Of a stretch of 64,000 nucleotides of DNA, positions 35,681 through 52,902 are shown in pieces; the first letter of the stretch is position 1; every line of letters starts with the position of its first letter. A model generated the notes under the pieces. It saw only the letters and a program-made list of their open reading frames with translations. It ran no database searches and was not told where the DNA came from. Position numbers and translations under genes: made by a program. Source of the DNA: Anolis carolinensis (lineage: Eukaryota); contig NC_085845.1 of assembly GCF_035594765.1 (NCBI RefSeq), positions 169,462,897-169,526,896 on the forward strand, in the 5' to 3' direction.

Positions 35681-37456
35681 CAAATTTTAGTTTCTTGTTT
35701 TTAACTGAGCTTTCAAAAGAGGGTGTCCTAGAATCAAAGGGGTCACACTGCAGGAATTTTAAGGTCAGGGAAATTGTAATATAAAGCACCTGTAAGAAGA
35801 GATTGCTGTCATTGTAGTTAGTATGCAGGCAGTCACATGATGCAGAAATACTGTATCCCCTACTTACAAAAATTACCTGAAAATGACAGGAAGGGGAAAG
35901 GGAAAGCCCTCGGCCATGTCTATTCCTAAGTACCTTAGGAGTGCTGAACAGAATGAAGACATTACATTAAAATGTGAGTTGATTTCCTGGATGAGAATCA
36001 AGAAGATGGGAAGATAATGCTGGTCAGCTGGTTGAGATATAAAGGAGTGGAACAGAAGGGAATATTACTCACTCTCGAGTCTTCCTGATCACTGTTGACA
36101 GATGTTCACTTTGCTGACTATTTCACCAAACACTATAAAGCAGGTACTTCAATGAAAAACGTTCTGCTGACATATGTATAGAACAGGCAAGATTGATGGC
36201 TACAGTGGCAGGGAGGTTGTAAAAATGTCAGGCAGTGTTTATTTATTTATTTATTGAAGATATTTTTATCCGGCCTGCAAGAGTTGTGCCTGCAAGCCAG
36301 CCAAATAACTGTACTTATCCCTTGCCTGGGGCACTTCTTTCTCAATGAAGATTGTTTTTGAAGGTGTTGCCTTGTAAAAAAAGATGATGATGAGTCCTGT
36401 CTCATTCCCTTCTTGGCAATGCCTCTGATGATATTTGCTGCTTCCTTTATCCCCTGTGACCCAAACATTCAGTATTCAGTAACAGCGAACAGGGTGTTGC
36501 TGTTTTAATGTTTTTGTTATACAGACTTTCCAACCTTTGTTTAAAACTGCTGTGATTTGTTTACAGGATGCATGTTGCTTTTGCAATCATTTAATCTCTG
36601 AGATCTACTTGAACTCCTTCACTTATGCCATTCCACATTTTTCTCAGAATGACTATATATCACCCTCTCAGTATATTGCACTGTTTTAAGAGCTGGTTGA
36701 ACCAATACTTATCTGGAGAGCTGCTTTATTAAACAGGATTGTTTCAATCCATGAGCAGCAAGTTCCCAAAGTATGTCTTAGAAGCAAGTCTTGGTAGAAA
36801 GCGACTCTTTCTCCTTTTGTCATAACCCACCAGCACAAATTCAGCACCCTAGACAGTTCCCATGACTCCCTTGCTTTATAGTTAAAACCTGTTAGCAAAG
36901 CTTAATTGATCTCAATAGGAAATAAAGCCCTTTAGAATGTTTTAAACTGAACCACAATCGAGCCAATATTTGTTGAAATTCAATCACTATTTGGCACTGA
37001 AATGTTCATTTCACTGTCCTACTTTGGAAATAGAAAATTTGCTGACATTGATGACAACTAAATTTGTTCTTACCAGTCTTATCTCCTTTTATGTAACTAT
37101 TTAAGAACATAATGAATATTCTATCATGCTTCCTCTGATCACAAGACAGCCTTTACTTGTAACTTTTCAGGGAACTTAAAATCAGAGGGAAATGAGATTT
37201 TGCACATGCATAAAACCCCACATCAGATCATAGAAATGTGAACATCCATTTTTGAGTTCAGTTAATAAATTGTTCCTCTTGACTTCTGATATAACATCTT
37301 AACTGTTATGTTCTTGAAGTGAGGAGAAACTCTTTTAACAAAGATAGCTGATGGGAAAGTCCTTTCTCCACTGATTCAGAGTATATTTGAAGACCATTTG
37401 CTTATCTGGGAAGCATGTAGCAAGTCTGAGATGTCAGTAGCTTCCTTCAGCACTTT

Positions 37457-37555
37457 AAGAAAAACAGACACTGCTGTGAGATTATTCCATCAAAATGAGA
37501 CTTGAATCCACAGCCAAGAGGTAGAGTAAGGGATCACAGATGATGGCATAAACAT
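37457..37555 (-). pseudogene. Relic 5' half of exon 1 of a third CYP2D copy
   Basis: [32 protein letters not shown] aligns to exon 1 of genes A and B; in-frame TGA at 37492-37490; similarity ends before the PPGP hinge; upstream flank resembles the gene A promoter. Confidence 0.8.
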
Positions 37556-38224
37556 CTTCCCTCTCCTAATTCCTGTTCTTATGACGAAATGTTCAAGACC
37601 TTTACTGAAATTTTGGATACTCCCTTCTCTTTCATTCTCTGTTTTAGCTCACTGTTCAGTGTAACCCTCTATTAATATGGTTACCTGAATAGGTGTGCCA
37701 GTATTTTTGACCACAAAACTATGAAACAGTTGCAAAAGTACTTTAATTAAACGAAGTTATAGGATTAGCTAGATAAATACAGAGCACATTGTATATGTTT
37801 AAACTTTATTTACCGCTACTCCACCTATATGTATCAGATAAGATAGGTAGCAACAAGGTCCAAAGTTGAATTTAGGCAAAGCTAAAGCTGACAGAGAATT
37901 CTATGGAGGGGGTAATAATATGCCTGTTGCAGATGAGTCACTGGAAGGTCAAACTAGACATTTAACACATTACAAAAGTCACCTTGCTGCATATTTTACA
38001 TCTAATGCAAAATTTTCCCTCTCTGAAGATGCACATCCTTGCTTCATTGCAACCCTAAATGTAAATGATCAGAGCACCCAGGTTTAGAAGGAATTTTACA
38101 TTATAACACTATTTTGCAATATGCTTTGTGGCAATGGAAGAGGTTCACAGAGGTATAAAAGATCTGGAGACACCTTTTGAGAGGAGAGGGTGGGTTTTGT
38201 TCCAGGTTGGAAAGAAATGGGACT

Positions 38225-38651
38225 GGTGCATGCACCCAAGTTACAAATAAGATAGGTTCTGTAAGTTTGTTCTTAAGTTGAATTTGTATGTAAGTTGGGA
38301 ACAAGTACAAGTGTATCTCCAGACAAAAATACATGTGTGTTTTTTTTAAGCTTTCGATAGTGCAGAGAAGGGTTAACAACCCCATGGCATTGGTTTTGCT
38401 GTCTGCACCCCTGTTCAGAAGACTTCACCTCACTTTCTGTCCCTGTGATAAATGGATTTCTTAAATTGGTTTGTTGTAGAAACAAGGACTGGTGATAAAG
38501 CTTCAGTTGAGACATCTTTTCCCCATGATAACTCTTTCAAGAGTGAATTTCCCTTCAGAGGTGGAGATTTCTCCCACTTCCTGTTGTCTCACCCCTGTTT
38601 GTAACTAGGAGTCATTTGTAAGGCTGATGTTTGTATCTCTGAGGCTGCCTG
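38225..38651. mobile_element. Tigger/pogo-like non-autonomous DNA transposon, decayed
   Basis: Right end ..TTGTATCTCTGAGGCTGCCTG-TA; left end degenerate CCCAAGTTACAAA. Confidence 0.55.
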
Positions 38652-41454
38652 TACTTCCAAAGTGGAAATATTGTCAATTGATCTTTCCTGGCAGACTATA
38701 CATATTATAACACTAGTCCACATCCCAGTCTCATGAACATATTTAAGCTAAGCATCAGAAAGAAGCAGAAACGAGTATTCCTTCCTGACATTTTGCCTCC
38801 CTGTTCCCTTTACTGTCTTTTTGCTTCTGTGTGTGCAGTTTTCACCAACAAGAGGATTCTCGTATCTATAATATCAGATTGAATCTATATTAAAAAGCAG
38901 TTACAACAGAGCAGAAACTTGTGTTCTCCTCCTTGTGGCAATGCTGAAGGAAGAGATAGGAGGGGTGGGGTTTATAAATGTTTATAAATGTTCATCCTGA
39001 TAAGAACATAAGATATTTCCAGTTGCATCAGAGCCAAAGCATTCTGATTCCCAAAGCAACCTATCAGATGCTTATGAAAAGCTTAAAAATGGGATATGAG
39101 GGCATTAACCCTCCTGCTGCCTCTATTTCCCTTCAATTGGTAACACTAGTAGGAATGAGGAACAATTTTGAGTGCTTTCTTTATGAATTTCTCCTTGAAA
39201 TTGCATGTTTTGCTCTACTTGAGACACAGGTGTTTGTGATGCTTGTGGCACTTTTTAAGATAAGAACCATCAATCCCTTAAAAACACATGCATGCATATT
39301 TCATTGACTCAAAGAGTCTTCTTTAATTGGGCTTAACAGAGAATGCACTGTAAAATATTGTCCTATCTTTTGTTATGAGAGGCATATTGAAAGAGAACAA
39401 TGCTGTATGTATGTATGTATGTATGTATTCTTCCAAATGCTCATGTGCTTTAGAAACATCTTCTCAAGTAAAAGTTAAAACACCTTGGGAGAGCACCCCA
39501 TTATTAATGCTCTCCTATTTAAGATCGGAAGAATATTTCTGAAAATGGTAACCAGTGAGGCTAGGTCAATGCCTATTAGATTAAATAAACTATCCTGCCA
39601 TGCTAACATGTCATGTTGAAATGAATTTATATAATTATTTTCAAAAGGTATTATTTTTCATAAAATAAAATATATATTTACAACACTGAAAATTCAACTT
39701 TTCTTTTCCACATCATTTTTGAAGTAACTGTTTTTGAAAATATATGCAGAGGAAATATGTGCTTTTCTTTCTTTGTGCAGTGTGTGCGTTGATGATAAAA
39801 AAAGTGATTTTATTGGCCAGAAAAAACTATCATGTTAAATTAAAACACAGTGCAGTGTAGAATAAAATATGCCCCAATAGAAATAGATAACAATATTGTA
39901 GAGCCATATTTAAGTGCTGTCCAATTTAGGTGTGAACTAATCAATATAGTTTTTATGCCTACCACTGATGTATAAAAGCTATGAATCTGAAAGTCTATTA
40001 AGACAGGCTACAATTTGGGGGAGATGAGTTAGGTTTTAACTCTGGCTCCCGCACACCCCAAAAATGAATTATTTCAACTTCAGTCCCTCTCCTCCACGTC
40101 CCAACTGGTTGAACAACATTATTTTCTTATTCTCCTGCCTCTTTTAATAAAGGTAATCCACATACAATTAAACTTAATTCCCCTAATTTGTTCAATACTC
40201 TAACAAGGTGTGCTCTCACCCTTAGGAATAAACATTGGGTAGTCTTTTTGCACCTCTATGCCTCCTTCTCTTCTTCACTGATATCTCCTGAATGCTTAGC
40301 ACAGTAACAAAATTCCACCAGAACAGGTTCGTAATATGAGACTTTTAGGGTGCGACCCTACCTGTACATACATTGCAAGAATTAAATCCTACCCATTCAC
40401 TTCCTGTTGGAGCAATCACAGACTATGAGCAAGTGAGGGGGAGCACTAAAATGCCCTATAATGCAATGAAATGGTATTTAATGGTAACTTCCTGCAGTGG
40501 TTAACTTTGAGGCACAAAGAAATATTGAACCTTAGAAATTTGAGGTATCTAGTACACTGTTTTTTCTGGAAAGTAGACTGCTGTGCACTCTGGTTTCCAT
40601 GGGTTTAAGCTTTGAAAAGCATTCAGAAAATTAAACTGGTCCAAAATGCTGCAGCTCAAAAGAGATACTCAAAGAAGGGACTGCCCAGGGCGGGATATTT
40701 AGGAAGTGTTGATTCTTCAGGTAATCTGGTCCCATGATGGTAGGAGCTTCAAAAGTCAAAACCAACATTTTATTATAAAACAGACCCCCCCCCCCGCTAA
40801 TAATGTATTTTATTTTTAAAAATTAGTATTTCATCATGTTTTCTAGTTGTTTGAATTTTTGTTAACAGAGAGTCTACTGTATTGCAAAATAGCTGATGTT
40901 TCTGGATTCTTTTCAAAAGCAAACCTACTTTCTTGCATAGATCCTAATTCTTACCCCTTTTGCCACATTTTTTGTGTGGCCGCAGGAGGACATGGGGATC
41001 TGACAGAGCATAGAAATTGCTATAAGTTAATAATTCAGCCTCTTCAGTTTTTGTACATAATAAGAACTTGTTAATTAAATTAATAAGAACTTGTTAATTA
41101 AATAATTAAACTCTGCTGGGCACAAACCAAATGTGAAGTAAATAGGACCAAAAGTACTTTGTGTGTTGAAAATACAAAAACCATACTAGGATGCATCTCG
41201 GTTACCTTTAATAATCACCTGTCTCACCTGCACAGATAATACTATGTAACACAATTTTTGTTTCTGGATTATAATGTCATTTCCTAATTAAATCTACCAT
41301 ATAAACACAGAAAAAGTGTATTAAACTGCAAAAACTTTGTTTTTTCAGAACATCCTGCAGCACATTTTTCTATAGGTTTTCAATGAATTATCTCCTAGAG
41401 TTTCAACCAATTCAACATAGTTTGTGGCAGCCACAAAAACAAAGTTTCTGAAGT

Positions 41455-41620
41455 ATAACAACTGGTAGCCAGATTGTGTTCATTTTCCTGGTTTCCTCCT
41501 TTATGTTGAAATTGTCCACATGCTTGTGGATTTCAATGGCTTCTTTGTGTAGTCTGACATGGTCGTTGTTAGAGTGGTCCAGCATTTCTGCGTTCTCAAA
41601 TAATATTCTGTGTCCAGAAC
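41455..41620 (-). mobile_element. Penelope-like element fragment (GIY-YIG endonuclease C-terminus)
   Basis: GHRILFENAEMLDHSNNDHVRLHKEAIEIHKHVDNFN; same peptide at 63450-63620. Confidence 0.8.
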
Positions 41621-41769
41621 ATCTCAAATAATAGTCTGGTCTTCCAGGCTTTGAACTTCAACTCCCAGAATCCCTGCTCATTGGTCAAAGCAGTTGAGGC
41701 TTCTGGGAGTTGAAGTCCAAAATACTGTTTTAGAGGCACGCTTAGAAGCGAAGTCAGAAGATGTACTCT

Positions 41770-45114
<3,345 letters not shown>

Positions 45115-47690
45115 GATAAACTTACCGTGTGGAACCATAGTTCTGTTTTCTCGTGCAAATAAAGTCCTATATATTGAACTGTTAAGCATTATAATCAATA
45201 TATTTCATTATCTGTATTTGTTGGTCCTTGCGGGGGAGTGATTGTACTGAGTAGAAAAAAAAATGGATTTTTAACTTAGAATACAAGTAATCCTAACAAT
45301 AATAACAATGAATTTTTATGGGTACCTTTTCCAGCTGAATGCTCTTTTTCTAGGAAGAAACATGCCAAATATTACTGACAATACTGCCTTGAAAGTACTT
45401 AAACATGGGTCTAATCAATAGGCTATCTAAGAACCACATTCAAAATTGCAAAGAGTTTTTCTTGCTTATTTGAAAGTCTATTCAGAAAATATGGAAAATG
45501 TTGCTGAATGTATATTACAAAATCAATATAAGTGAAAGAGAACAAAATTCCAAAGGAAAACTTGTTTTCTTCTCTTTCTCCCTTTCCAGATTCCCAGCAT
45601 TTATACTTTCTTGTTAAATCTTTAGTTTCAGTAATTTAAGCAGTTGCAGCAGTGTAGGTGCCCCTGGCCTCTGAAGACTAGGCACTCAGGCCAGTAAAGT
45701 TGAAAATGTGCCTAAGAACAACAAGGCAACTTACATTACTGCAAAGTATGACATTACTTACTTTATGGCAAAGAGATAGTGCCACTTGACCACTTGTTTT
45801 TCCATCTTCACAAAGAGAAATGTAGAGTTGGGAAGAAACTTCGCTGTCATAATCCAACATTCTGATTGATATTGGATGCAATTTCACTGTCTTTGTGATG
45901 ACAAACCAGCCTCAATACAATCTCCACCAGAGGATACACCACCTCTCAGAACAATATTTTCTGCTGCTTAAAAACCTTTTGCTAGGTTTCTCCTCATGTT
46001 TAGCCAAGCTTGGCTTCTCTGTAGTTATTCCTTTTGAAGAAACGGAGTAACTACTCCATGTTGTGTTGTCAAATAGCTGTTGTGCTATTTCAAGACTGAT
46101 GTCATGTTTAATCTTTTTCAGGTTAAACATAGTCAGCTCTTTCAGTTTTTCTCAGAACTTGTTTTTCAGTGCCCTTTTACTATGACTCCCCCCCCAAACA
46201 TGACATGAAACAGTAATAATGTTGACAAAAACTTTTCCAGTAGGTGAGGACAGGTCAGCTTCTTGGCTTAAATGCTGTCACAATCCAATCCTGCCCCCTG
46301 TCACTCATTCATTTGTGCTGTGTCCCTTTCCCAGAAACATGGGAATATTACTGGAACATAAAACAATCTAAGGAAACATGCACATCTTGATATATCATTA
46401 TTTATTTGCAGTCAAAACCATTTGTCATACTCTTTAAAACACAGCCTTTAGCACACCTGCAGAAGACATACGATGCAGCATATAATCGTTGCTTAATCAA
46501 CAAACAAACATATATGCATACCCGTGTATACTGGTCATCCTCATTTAGACATGCAGAGAACATTCACTAGTGTGGAGATCCAGCAGCTCTAAAATACCTT
46601 CATTACAATCTAGAGCAGGACCTGACTAAGCATTGATGTCAGAATATTTTATCTGTCTTGTAGTCCAACACTGCAACACTGTAAAGAAAAAAGAAAGGGT
46701 ATTCATCATACAGACAGTGTTTTGTTGATGTTCAGTTGCTGAGAAAAGTACTAGTTTTTCACTCTACAAGTCCAGAAATGCATGATAAAATAAGATGTTG
46801 TAAACCTTGCATGTTGCTTTCTCTAAAAAATAAGTTATCTCTGACTTTGGCAAGTGCAGCAGACTTTTGTTGGTTTCCTGCAGAAACAATTACCAAGTCA
46901 TTGTAAAGGGCTTGGCAATTCATTGTGTATAAAGCTATAATCTTTAGAAATTACACAAAAAGAGAAGACAAAAAGGTATAAAATATGTAAAATGACTTGG
47001 CAGGTGTTTCTTTTATTCCTTCTACAGAACCAGATATAGACAACAGCATAGAAATTCAGAAAATGAAGGTAACAATAAGGTAGGGATTGTCAACTAGGAA
47101 GAGTTGACAGATAAAAATTATTTTGAATCTGCAGCATCTGATGTTCTTTAAAGTAAAATTGAGCAAAATATATACCAGGATAATGAACTGGTAGATATCT
47201 GGTAATTTGGAGTACACTGCTTAAAAATCGATGGTGAAAATCCTTTTCTGATTAGTTAACAGTAGCAACAACAAAACATTTATCTACTTCCAAATTAGAT
47301 TGCTAAAAAGAACAGCTGGAAGGGAGGTAGGAAGAAAATTTTGTGTGAAAAAATTTGGAGCTTAATCCCTAGAATTCATCATTCTTGGCCCTAACACGGT
47401 CTCAAAAGCTTTCCCAATAAACGTTGATGTGTCTTAGCCTTAGGTGCCTTTTGCACCTGGCTTTAGTTGATGATGTTAGTATTCTATTTTGGCATTTTCA
47501 GTATATCCCACAAGCATAAAGGCTGTCTGCCTCTGTTTTATATAGGATGAGAATCATACACCCCATTTATATAGTTTGATAATCATGCAGCCCTCAAGAT
47601 TACAGCTAGTATCCCTTAGCTGTGTTCCCCAGGGCCGCTGGGTTCTGTAATCCAACATCATTTGGGGAGCACATGATTCCCATGATTATC

Positions 47691-48045
47691 ATAGAATCAT
47701 AGAATAGTAGAGTTGGAAGAGACCTCATGGGCCATCCAGTCCAACCCCCTGCCAAGAAGCAGGAAATCGCATTCAAAGCACCCCCGACAGATGGCCATCC
47801 AGCCTCTGCTTAAAAGCCTCCAAGGAAGGAGCCTCCACCACAGCCCGGGGGAGAGAGTTCCACTGTCGAACAGCCCTCACAGTGAGGAAGTTCTTCCTGA
47901 TGTTCAGGTGGAATCTCCTTTCCTGTAGTTTGAAGCCATTGTTCCATGTCCTAGTCTGCAGGGCAGCAGAAAACAAGCTCGCTCCCTCCTCCCTATGACT
48001 TCCCTTCACGTATTTGTACATAGCTATCATGTCTCCTCTCAGCCT
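47691..48045 (-). mobile_element. Young CR1 LINE 3' fragment
   Basis: Near-identical to 20033-20400; (ATTCTATG)n tail. Confidence 0.93.
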
Positions 48046-48239
48046 CCTATCATGTTCAAGGACCCAGGAGAATCTAAAAGAGAAAAAGGCTATTACTAAA
48101 AAATCAATTTGGGGCAGTTTTAAGGCATCCTGTGACACCCCCTTCTACAAGCATGGCAGTTCTGCTATACAGCCCAATAGTATCTTCAAAATATATCAAG
48201 ACTTTTTAAAAACCCTGGACTTTTACTTAGTTATACCTA

Positions 48240-50171
48240 TTAATCGTCGTCATCGTCGTCCTCTGGCACAAAGATGTCATGTTCTTCAAGCAAAGCTGCA
48301 AAACTTTTGCTGATCTGTGTCCCAACGTAGAGGAAGGGAATTACAATCGCAAACACACGGAGGAGGCCAAAGGGCATCTACAGAGATTGGCGGAGATTAA
48401 AAAATTGTTAATTTCATTCAAAATGCAAGTTCTGAAGAAAGATAGCTATCAATGACTTTCTATGGAACTGCCAGAATATCTACATCTAAATATAAGGTTT
48501 AACGAAACACTATCATTATCTGAAGAGATATCTTCTCCAAAACTTAGCACAATTCAGTTGATGGACATTTAATGCTGTATCCCAGGAATATTTAAACAAG
48601 AAAAGAAGCTGGGATGATTTCTCATACTGAAGAGTCCACCAAAAACAATTGTTTCCAGTACAGAGCACAAGTTTCTAGCAATATTATACTTGCAGTGTAA
48701 TGGTTTTAACTGAACATGCTGCAGCACTAAGCTTCAAAGGTCACCAACATGTAAACTATCCTAAGACACAAAGAGAAATTTAATAATGGTACTTCTGTAT
48801 TAATAAGACCCCCACCCTTGTCCTTCAAATAACCCATTAAATGATTTCAAAAGCATTAGTCTATTGTGTTGTTGACAGCTTTCATGGCCAGAATTGCTGG
48901 GTTGCTGTGAGTTTTCTGGGCTGTATGGCCATGTTCCAGAAGCATTCTCTCCTGACATTTTGCTCCCATCTATGGCAAACATTCTCAGAGGTTGTGAGGT
49001 CTGTTGGAAAATAGGCAAGTGGGGTTTATGTATCTGTGGAAGGTCCAGGGTGGGAGAAAGAACACTTGCCTGTTGGAGGCAAGTGTGAATGTTTCAATTA
49101 ATCTCTTTGATTAGCATTAAAAAGCCTTGCAGCTTCAAGGCCTGGCTCTTTCCTGCCTGAGGGGCCTATGTTGTGAGGTGTTAGCTGGCCCTGATGGTTT
49201 CATGTCTGAAATTCCCCTGTTTTCAGAGAAGCCATTGAAATCCACAAGCACATGGACAATTTAGACAGAAAAGAGGAAACCATGAAAATGAACAAAAACT
49301 AGCTGCTAGTACAGTATTTTAAAAATTCTAAAATCAGGACAGTAAATAAAGAACAACACTCTGAAAACGGGAATTCCAGACATGAAACTATCAGGGCCAG
49401 CTAACACCTCCCAACAAAGGATTCCCCCAGGAAGGAATCAGCCAGGTCTTGAAACTGCAAGGCTTTTCAATTAATCAAGGTGATTAATTGCAGCATTCAC
49501 ACTTGCCTCCAACAGACATGTTCGTTCTTCCACCCTGGGCCTTCCTTTGATATATAAGCCTCAATTCCCTAGTTTCCAACAGACCTCCCAATCTCGGCGG
49601 ATGCCCGCCATAGATGTGGTAGAAACCTCAGGAGAGAATGCTTCTGGAACATGGCCATACAGCCCGGAAAACCCACAGCAACCCAGTGATTCCGGCCACG
49701 AAAGCCTTTGACAACACATTAGGCTATTGTAACAAAAACTGCCCTCTTGTCTTCTAGATATTTGGACTTCAACTCCCAGAAGGCTCAGCTGCCTTGATCA
49801 TGGATTGTAGTTCAAATCCAAAATACTTGAGAGTCTGGAGGAAACTGCAGTAGTGTTAACTGCTTAAATTTTCCAGCGCATAGAGCGTCACAACGTGGGA
49901 CATCATTGGCTGCCGCAACCAGCCAATCGGCATGGAGCATGACACCTCATCCTGCTTAACGATTGGTTGGCTCCTTCCGCACCCCAGCTTCTCCTTTCCG
50001 GCCCATGGTTCCCCTTCACACACTCACTTTGACGGGCTTTGGCAAGATGGCGCCACTCGGAGTGGCGGTTACGCTCCGTGAGGGCATAATGCGCGCTGGG
50101 GACCCTCTCGGGTTCGCGAGGGGCGCCGCCGTCGCCCAGGACCCAGCCGCAGCCCACAGGCGCCCAGCCAT
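48240..50171 (-). CDS. SMDT1: Essential MCU regulator (EMRE), 93 aa: join(50171-50028, 48377-48240)
   Basis: MAGRLW..SRSVTATPSGAILPKPVK / MPFGLLRVFAIVIPFLYVGTQISKSFAALLEEHDIFVPEDDDDDD*; single TM and acidic tail; GT donor 3 nt after the stop suggests a 3'UTR intron. Confidence 0.95.
48865..49718. mobile_element. Penelope-like element with inverted pLTR arms in SMDT1 intron 1
   Basis: Arms ~48865-49222 and ~49366-49718 are reverse complements, flanking REAIEIHKHMDN..EETMKMNK endonuclease tail. Confidence 0.85.
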
Positions 50172-50249
50172 CTTTTCCGAAGAGGTCCTCCCCGCGACGC
50201 CGGCTACTATAGCGACACGCCCGGCCGGCCTGTCACAGCGATGGGCGGT

Positions 50250-50296
50250 GCTTCCTGAAATCTCGCGAGACTTGCCAATGCAAGCTATTTCCAATT
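50250..50296 (-). promoter_or_regulatory. SMDT1 CpG-island promoter motifs
   Basis: Perfect TCTCGCGAGA (BANP/ZBTB33-type palindrome) at 50261-50270, ETS-like CTTCCTG at 50251, CCAAT at ~50275 and 50291. Confidence 0.6.
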
Positions 50297-50874
50297 GGAG
50301 ACGAGGAGGCGAGAGTGAGGTAGTTGAGGCTTAACCACAGAGATAAAAAGATATAGACAACCCTCTCTGGAGTGGTAGTTTCGTGGTTCTCAATATGAAA
50401 GTCTTACATTTTAGGGTAGAAATCCAAGATTTAAACATAATGATCATTAAAGACGATAAAAAAGTTCATGATTTCTTTTTTGCGTGATTAACTATTTTCA
50501 AGAAATGTCCTGTCAACTTCCAGTGAAGACACCACTCAATCTGCAGAGGCAGGAGTCCACAACAGCCCTGCAGTGTAGTCCACACAGGATGCATCTACAT
50601 TAGAATTAATGCAGTTTGACCTCACTTTAACTAGGGGTCAATGCGTTGGGATACTGGGATTTGTTGTTTGGTGTAGCAGGCTAAGGGCCTTGTAAAACTT
50701 CAACTCCCACAATTCCACAGAATTGAAGTGAAAGTACTGTCAAAGAGCATTAATTCTGCAAGGTAGATACAACCCAAGATAGTTTTAAAAAGGAATTATA
50801 TGCATTCAAGGCTGATAATATAAAAGGGATCATATGCATTCAAGATAGTTTTTAAAGGGGATTATAGGCATTCT

Positions 50875-51226
50875 GTTTACCTAGCAGTTTGAAAACAGCA
50901 ATGTGAGTAGATAAATAGGTATCGCTTCGGCGGTGGGGTGGTCGTGGTAAAAAGTGCCCCTGAAAAACATGCTGGCAATTCGATCAGGAAGGCGTCCATG
51001 GACAACAGGCTCCTTGGTGTGGAAAATGGAACAATAGCACCTCCCCGTGGCTGAATCGAGCACAGACTCCAGATGCCGGAGTTGAAAAAAAGTGGGAAGC
51101 CATGCCTCTATCTATGTACTGCCTGCCTATGTTGTTAATTGTGTAACGGCAATGAATGTTTGCTATGTATGTATCTGTAATCTATTCTGATTCCCCCCGA
51201 GGAGACAGAACGGAATATAAATAAAG
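50875..51226 (+). mobile_element. SINE (Sauria-like body, L2-like tail), decayed
   Basis: CTAGCAGTTTGAAAACA..GTGAGTAGATAAATAGGTA body; CGGAATATAAATAAA tail. Confidence 0.55.
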
Positions 51227-51230
51227 TATA

Positions 51231-51855
51231 TTATTTTACTGACACGAAAACACAGTATGACACAACAAACGAGATATATATGCTGGATTTCGTATCACAA
51301 AATCACAAGTCAAACACTTCCCAAGCGTTTACAACTGTGATGTATTTTCGGATGATGCGCGCAGATCCAAGTGAGGTAGCCTTTTTCAGTTGACAGATCG
51401 TGATTTTGTCAATGTTTATTGTTTTCAAATGCTGGCTGAGATCTTTTGGCATGGCACGCAGTGTGCTGATTACCACTGAGACCACCTGTACTGGTTTATG
51501 CCAGAGCCTTGGCAGTTTGATTTTGAGGTCCTGGTGGCTGAATTTTTCCTGTTGTTTTTTGTCATTTCGACTGTCACCTGGTATGGCAACATCAATAATC
51601 CAAACTTTTTTCTTTTTGACAACTGTGAGATCTGGTGTATTGTGTTCCAAAACTTTGTCAATCTGGATTCGAAATTCCCACAATATTTTTGCGTGTTCAT
51701 TTTCCACTACCTTTGCTGGTTTGTGATCCCACCAGTTCTTTACTACTGGCAGGTGGTACTTGTGACATAAGTTCCAATGAATCATTTGGGCCACATAGTT
51801 GTGCCTCTGTTTGTAGTCTGTCTGTGCAATTTTCTTGCAGCAGCTGAGGATATGA
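51231..51855 (-). mobile_element. R4/Dong-clade non-LTR retrotransposon 3' fragment (restriction-like endonuclease)
   Basis: HILSCCKKIAQTDYKQRHNYVAQMIHW..ILWEFRIQIDK..NTPDLTVV..IIDVAIPGD (CCHC remnant, RH, PD..D); ends in a TAA-rich tract. Confidence 0.85.
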
Positions 51856-52902
51856 GGCTCGAGTCCTTTGGAAGTAGACTATTATAAAGGAAAGCTGTAC
51901 AGAGCAATATAGTTTTGAAGAGACTGTTAAAGACTATAAGTTAAAGATACAAACGGAAACATTTTAAAGTTTTAACCTGACAAGAAATGTACCTGTATAT
52001 TTAAATACCTGAAGTTGTGAGTAAAACAAACATGCTATTTTAAAGAAGTCTACTTGAATTTTTGTCTGCTGAAAGCATCAAATAGAAACAAGATATTTAC
52101 ATGCCAATGATATTCCATCACCCAATAAACTAAAGGAACACTCCTGAAACTCTGGTCCCCAATAAGCTATGATCCTAACAGGTCATAATCTAATAGTCCA
52201 AAATGTGGAGTGCAGACTTCCTTCATGACAACCACCTGCAATGGTGAATCCCAAAACAACTCTGTTGGCGGTCTATACCAACAATCCTGTTCTAGCGGTT
52301 TCCTTTGTACCAAGAGGAGGTCTTTTGTAAAGCCACTAGGTCTTGTGGGAAGACTTAGAAAATTATGTCTCAAAGTAATAATTTATTACCCAAAGTACAT
52401 TGTGTAACACCAGGGTTGGCTCAAAATATATGTGTATATGTGTTTTGGGGCATCGAATTGTGCCATGTGTAAGCCGCCTCGAGTCCCCTTTGGGGTGAGA
52501 AAGGCAAGGTATAAATAGGGTAAATCAATAAAAAATAACATATTTCTACTGAGAAAAATACTCTAAGTTGTTGTGAGAAATGCAACTAAAGTCACAGACC
52601 CCAACCACACTGACCATTGTTCCATTTCAAACTGGCATTGAACGTGCTTTCGCTGTGCAAGTGATTACACAGGAAATCCTGGAACCAGATTGAGGGCCAG
52701 ATGATAACAAGACACACCATTGTGTAATCTGATGTGCATTAAGGATTTCATTTTGCACACTTTGCTAGTTTTGAATTGCAGCAAAATGATCAATGTTGGG
52801 GGGGGGGGCACATAACAGGGAAGCTGAGTGTGTTGTGTTCATGCATCTGCTAAATGATGGCCTAATTCCCAATAATTAAAAAAATCCAAATATTATGACT
52901 AT

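Noticed and set aside
41240-41455. Possible DNA-transposon end (Chapaev-like)
   Set aside because: Only one putative terminus and no TSD; cannot classify without a search.
47000-47050. Candidate acceptor for the non-coding last exon of SMDT1
   Set aside because: A plausible TTCTGTAG exists, but it cannot be told apart from other AG sites without transcript data.
50172-50294. Upstream in-frame extension of the SMDT1 ORF
   Set aside because: Begins at a non-ATG codon and runs through promoter motifs; ATG 50171 gives a normal EMRE precursor.
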